Below are positions 34,785 to 38,190 of a DNA stretch of 38,190 nt, in pieces (position 1 is the stretch's first letter; every line of letters begins with the position of its first letter). The position numbers and the translations under genes were made by a program. Below the pieces are notes generated by a model that was given only the letters and a program-made list of their open reading frames with translations, made no database searches and was not told where the DNA came from. Source of the stretch: an uncultured Actinomycetota bacterium (GTDB taxonomy: Bacteria > Actinomycetota > Geothermincolia > Geothermincolales > RBG-13-55-18); assembly GCA_964415205.1 (NCBI GenBank), contig CAYPZH010000002.1, forward strand, positions 10,507 to 48,696, written 5' to 3'.

Positions 34785-35414
34785 ATGGAGGCACCGCACA
34801 TAGCCATCGTCTCCTGCGGGTCGTTCCAGGAGGATCTGGAGACGCTGAGGGAGGAGGGCCTTATTGACGGCATAAAGGTTCTCTTCACCGAGCCCTGCCT
34901 TAAGGAAAGGCCGAGGAAGCTGGAGGAACTGCTGAAAGCGAGGATAGAAGAGGCAAAGGGCGAGGCCGACAGGATACTGGTCATCTACGGCGACGGTTGC
35001 TTCATCGACACCTCGGACTTCTCGCGCGGCATCGACAGCCTCATCGCGGACACCGGCGCCGAGCACGAAAGGATACGGCAGCACAGCTGCATCGAGATGA
35101 TGCTCTCCGAGCAGGACAAGGAGAGGCTCGCGGAGGGCATGAAGGTCTACTGGATGATGCCCGCGTGGGTGGAGCATAAGAACGAGGTCTTCGAGGAATG
35201 GGACCTGGGCAAGCGCAACCAGACCTTCCCCCAGAACGACACGGCCATCATCGTGGACAGCCTGGGTTTCTTCGACCGGCTCATGGAGGAGGACCCCGAA
35301 AGGATACTCGAGATGTCCGACTGGATGGGCATCCCCCTGGACGCCAGGGCCATCACCCTGGACCGCTTCCGTGAGCTTCTGCTGGCAAGCCTGCAACGCC
35401 TGCGGGAAAGCTGA
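34785..35414 (+). CDS. DUF1638-domain protein
   Basis: I prefer ATG 34785 (8 nt after AAAGGAG). HIAIVSCGSFQEDLE..., ILVIYGDGC and the ~210-aa length match my recollection of DUF1638. Confidence 0.6.
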   Translation: MEAPHIAIVSCGSFQEDLETLREEGLIDGIKVLFTEPCLKERPRKLEELLKARIEEAKGEADRILVIYGDGCFIDTSDFSRGIDSLIADTGAEHERIRQHSCIEMMLSEQDKERLAEGMKVYWMMPAWVEHKNEVFEEWDLGKRNQTFPQNDTAIIVDSLGFFDRLMEEDPERILEMSDWMGIPLDARAITLDRFRELLLASLQRLRES

Positions 35415-35536
35415 TCCCGGTAACGCGTCCACCAACTGCGAGGGTTTCAGTTGCGTTGGGGTGGGAATCATAAGCATTATCAATCACGGCGGGACGTCCC
35501 GCCTGAGGCAAGAGTCGTGAAGAGGAAGTGAAGAGC

Positions 35537-35875
35537 ATGAAGATCATCGAGGCGAAAAAGGCGGAGGTATCACCGAACCCCCACGGCGTGCACGCCAGCA
35601 TGATATACGACAGCGAGAAAGCCCAGGTGGTGCACATCCTGCTCAAACCGGGAGAGAGCCTGAAGAAGCACATCACCCCCGTGGACGTGTTCTTCTACGT
35701 GCTGGAGGGCGAGGGCGTCATAGAGATCGGCGAGGAGCGGGAGACGGCGGGCGCGGACATGCTCATCGACAGCCCGGCGAAGATCCCGCACCGCTGGATC
35801 AACGAGAGCGACGCGGACTTCCGGGTGCTGGTGGTGAAGGTCCCCCGTCCTACGCAACAGACCCGGTTGCTGTGA
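35537..35875 (+). CDS. Cupin-domain protein
   Basis: I prefer ATG 35537. ...LKPGESLKKHITPVDVFFYVLEGEG...IPHRWINESD fits the two cupin motifs. Confidence 0.7.
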   Translation: MKIIEAKKAEVSPNPHGVHASMIYDSEKAQVVHILLKPGESLKKHITPVDVFFYVLEGEGVIEIGEERETAGADMLIDSPAKIPHRWINESDADFRVLVVKVPRPTQQTRLL

Positions 35876-35944
35876 CCCATAGGATCGCGCCTGCGCCCGG
35901 CAGCCGAGCGGGCAGGCCGATACTCAGAGAGAAGGGATAAGGAT

Positions 35945-37852
35945 ATGGAAGACGACAGGATCTCCTATCACGAATCGGTGAAAGCCGCCTACCGCCGCAT
36001 CAAGGAAGACGGCATGACCAATATCTGGGACCGCTACGAGGCCCAGGGTTTGAGCAAGGAGGACCCCGACAAGAGATGCCCCTTCTGCCAGGCGGGAGCC
36101 AGGTGCGACCTCTGCTCCAACGGGCCCTGCCGCGCCGACGCCGCCAAGGACAAGCGCGGTGTTTGCGGCATCACCGCGGACGGCATGGCCATGCGCATGA
36201 TGGCCCTGCGCAACGTCCTGGGCACTTCGACCTACCACTACCACGCCGAACAGACCATCAAGACCCTGCGCGCCACGGCTGAGGGTAAGACCCCCTTCGA
36301 GATAAAGGAGCCCGGCAAGCTGCGGGACTTCGCCGGCCGCCTGGGCGTGGACACATCGGGAAGCGACGCCGACTTGGCCCTGCGGCTGTGCGATTTCGTC
36401 GAGGCCGACTTCAACCGCAAGGCCGACCAGCCCAGCCTCATCGTGGAGGCGCTGGCCACCCCGGAACGCAAAGAGACTTGGAAAAAGTTGGACATATTCC
36501 CCGGGGGAGTCTACGGCGAGATGCTGCGGGTCAACGCCTCCTGCCTCACCAACGTCGACGGTTTCTACCAGAGTCTGGCCCTCAAGGCCATGCGCATGGG
36601 CGTGGCCATGGCCTACCAGAGCCAGATCGTCAACGAGTACTGCATGGACATCCTCTACGGCCTGCCTAGGCCCCACCCCATGCGCGTGGACCTGGGGGTG
36701 CTGGACCCCGATTACGTCAACGCGCTGCCCAACGGCCACGAGCCCTTCCTGGGCTTTGCCATGGTGCAGCTGGCCCGCCGGCAGGAGTGGCAGGACAAGG
36801 CCAGGGCCGCCGGGGCCAAGGGACTGCGGGTGATAGCCAACATCGAGACCGGGCAGGAGATGATCCAGCGCTGGGAGATGGACGACGTCTTCTACGGTTT
36901 CACCGGGAACTGGATCATGCAGGAGGCGGTGCTGGCCACGGGTTGCGTGGACCTCTTCGCCTGCGACATGAACTGCTCCATGCCCATAGATCCCTCCTAC
37001 GCCGAGCGCTATAGGTTCAAGCTCATCCCCGTGAGCGACCTGGTGGCCTTCGAGGGGGTCACCGACCGCCTGGACTACGTGCCCGAAGAGGCCGAGGAAC
37101 AGGCCGCCCGGCTCCTGGAGATGGCGGTGGCCAACTTCAAGCAGCGGCGAGGCGCGGTCGAGCCCATCGGCGGCCTTCCCAGCGGCGAGGCGGTGGTGGG
37201 CTTCTCCACCGAGAGCATCCTGGAGGCCCTGGGAGGGACCCTCGCCCCCCTCCTCGACGCCATCAAGTCGGGCGCCATCAAGGGCATCGCGGGGCTGGTC
37301 TCCTGCACCACCCTAAGGGGCTCGGGCCAGGACGTTCACAGCGTGGCGGTGGCCAAGGAGCTCATAGCGCGGGACATCCTCATCCTCTCCATGGGCTGCG
37401 GCAACGGCGCCATGCAGGTGGCGGGCCTGTGCCTGCCCGGGGCTGCGCAGATGGCGGGGCCCGGGCTCAAGGGAGTGTGCGAGAGACTGGGCGTGCCGCC
37501 GGTGCTCAGCTACGGCACCTGCACCGACACCGGGCGCATCGCCGACCTGCTGGCCGCGGTGTCGGGGGCCCTGGGCGACGTGCCCATACCAGACCTGCCG
37601 GTAGTGGCCGCGGCGCCGGAGTACATGGAGCAGAAGGCGACCATGGACGCCGTCTTCGCACTGGCCCTGGGCCTCTACACCTACGTCAACCCGGTGCCCA
37701 CCGTCACCGGCGGCCCAAACCTGGTCAGGCTGCTCACCGAGGACTGCGCGGAAGTCACCGGAGGGGTGATGCGGCTGGAGACCGATGCCTCGGCAGCGGC
37801 GGACGGCATGCTCTCACACATCGAGTCAAAGCGGGAAAAGCTGGGCATCTGA
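35945..37852 (+). CDS. cooS: CooS-family (anaerobic Ni,Fe-CO dehydrogenase catalytic subunit / hybrid-cluster-protein superfamily) enzyme with a non-canonical ligand set
   Basis: 635 aa. N-terminal CPFCQAGARCDLCSNGPCR...RGVCG, NGHEP, CDMNCSMP, VSCTT, MGCGNG, YGTCTDTGR and EQKA are collinear with CooS cluster motifs. The canonical GICCTGNE segment, however, reads ANIETGQE (Glu301, nt 36845-36847). Confidence 0.85.
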   Translation: MEDDRISYHESVKAAYRRIKEDGMTNIWDRYEAQGLSKEDPDKRCPFCQAGARCDLCSNGPCRADAAKDKRGVCGITADGMAMRMMALRNVLGTSTYHYHAEQTIKTLRATAEGKTPFEIKEPGKLRDFAGRLGVDTSGSDADLALRLCDFVEADFNRKADQPSLIVEALATPERKETWKKLDIFPGGVYGEMLRVNASCLTNVDGFYQSLALKAMRMGVAMAYQSQIVNEYCMDILYGLPRPHPMRVDLGVLDPDYVNALPNGHEPFLGFAMVQLARRQEWQDKARAAGAKGLRVIANIETGQEMIQRWEMDDVFYGFTGNWIMQEAVLATGCVDLFACDMNCSMPIDPSYAERYRFKLIPVSDLVAFEGVTDRLDYVPEEAEEQAARLLEMAVANFKQRRGAVEPIGGLPSGEAVVGFSTESILEALGGTLAPLLDAIKSGAIKGIAGLVSCTTLRGSGQDVHSVAVAKELIARDILILSMGCGNGAMQVAGLCLPGAAQMAGPGLKGVCERLGVPPVLSYGTCTDTGRIADLLAAVSGALGDVPIPDLPVVAAAPEYMEQKATMDAVFALALGLYTYVNPVPTVTGGPNLVRLLTEDCAEVTGGVMRLETDASAAADGMLSHIESKREKLGI

Positions 37853-37954
37853 GCGCCGCAACTGCGGCGTCTGATATGAACAGGCAGGTCAGACCACCGG
37901 CCTGCTTTCCTATAAGCTTGCGATCGGTAACGGGATCGGACCCCGGGGCCCGCC

Positions 37955-38190
37955 TCAGCCGCCGCGGATGGCGTTGACGATATCGGGGTCGAGGCCCTCG
38001 AACCTCTCCAACCACTCGATACGCTCTTTGCGCAGGGCTTCCTTGAGCGAGGTGATCTCGCTGGGTTGGTAGAAGTTCTCCAGCTGAAAACGGGCGAAAT
38101 CCATTCCGGGTATCTCCTCCGGCACCTCGTACCCCCAGAAGGAGTCCTCTTTCCAACTTATCTCGTCCCGGGCTATCATCTCGATGATCT
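37955..38190 (-). CDS. 3' end of a gene running off the window; C-terminus resembles ATP-dependent PEP carboxykinase
   Basis: The frame is open to the window edge. ...IIEMIARDEISWKEDSFWGYEVPEEIPGMD...LENFY... resembles the ...D.FG..VP...PGV... C-terminal region of PckA-type enzymes. This is a weak call from 78 residues. Confidence 0.35.
   Translation of the reverse strand, partial: IIEMIARDEISWKEDSFWGYEVPEEIPGMDFARFQLENFYQPSEITSLKEALRKERIEWLERFEGLDPDIVNAIRGG

Noticed and set aside
37883-37907. Intrinsic terminator after the cooS-like gene (ggcagg-N..-cctgc followed by tttcc)
   Set aside because: Only about 5-6 bp can pair, around a 12-nt loop, and the T-tract is very short. This is too weak to call.

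Overview
A 38.2-kb, visibly GC-rich bacterial chromosomal window with strong GGAGG-type ribosome-binding sites. The gene content (CooS-like Fe-S enzyme, B12-radical SAM protein, multi-cluster ferredoxin-like proteins, flavodoxin, glutaconate-type CoA-transferase) suggests a strict anaerobe. The taxon cannot be fixed from the sequence alone. All protein-family calls rest on my reading of the translations and on motif recall, not on searches. The window falls into three blocks. (1) 1-15.1 kb holds metabolic and redox genes: DUF169, a FAAL-like ligase, a TetR-headed minus-strand operon of three tandem paralogous poly-cysteine Fe-S proteins plus an NMO-family flavoenzyme, ppa, an SDR, and a plus-strand cluster of amidohydrolase, CoA-transferase A and B, acyl-CoA ligase and flavodoxin. 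(2) 15.2-27.5 kb is an accessory island that is AT-richer in patches. It carries two tandem giant paralogs with the architecture TIR, degenerate class III cyclase-homology domain, P-loop STAND/AAA_16 and TPR; one is intact at 1210 aa and one is broken by a 1-nt indel. These are interleaved with four small toxin-antitoxin-like pairs (DUF433/DUF5615, DUF4258/DUF2283, AbrB/RelE, HepT/MNT), a decayed 3-hydroxyacyl-CoA dehydrogenase gene, and a ~185-bp repeat family at cassette boundaries. The TIR / pseudo-cyclase / STAND / TPR genes are my main candidate for an undescribed (antiphage-type) system. (3) 27.6-38.2 kb holds a B12-binding radical SAM protein, a membrane/lipoprotein trio that includes a phospholipase-B-like Ntn hydrolase, a large acyl-CoA dehydrogenase, and a DUF1638-cupin-CooS-like operon whose CooS homolog has a non-canonical cluster-ligand set. 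I recognised no rRNA, tRNA, CRISPR array, transposase or integrase. The four frame-breaking indels all lie between 22.2 and 26.8 kb and all sit in short homopolymers, so sequencing error cannot be separated from real gene decay here.
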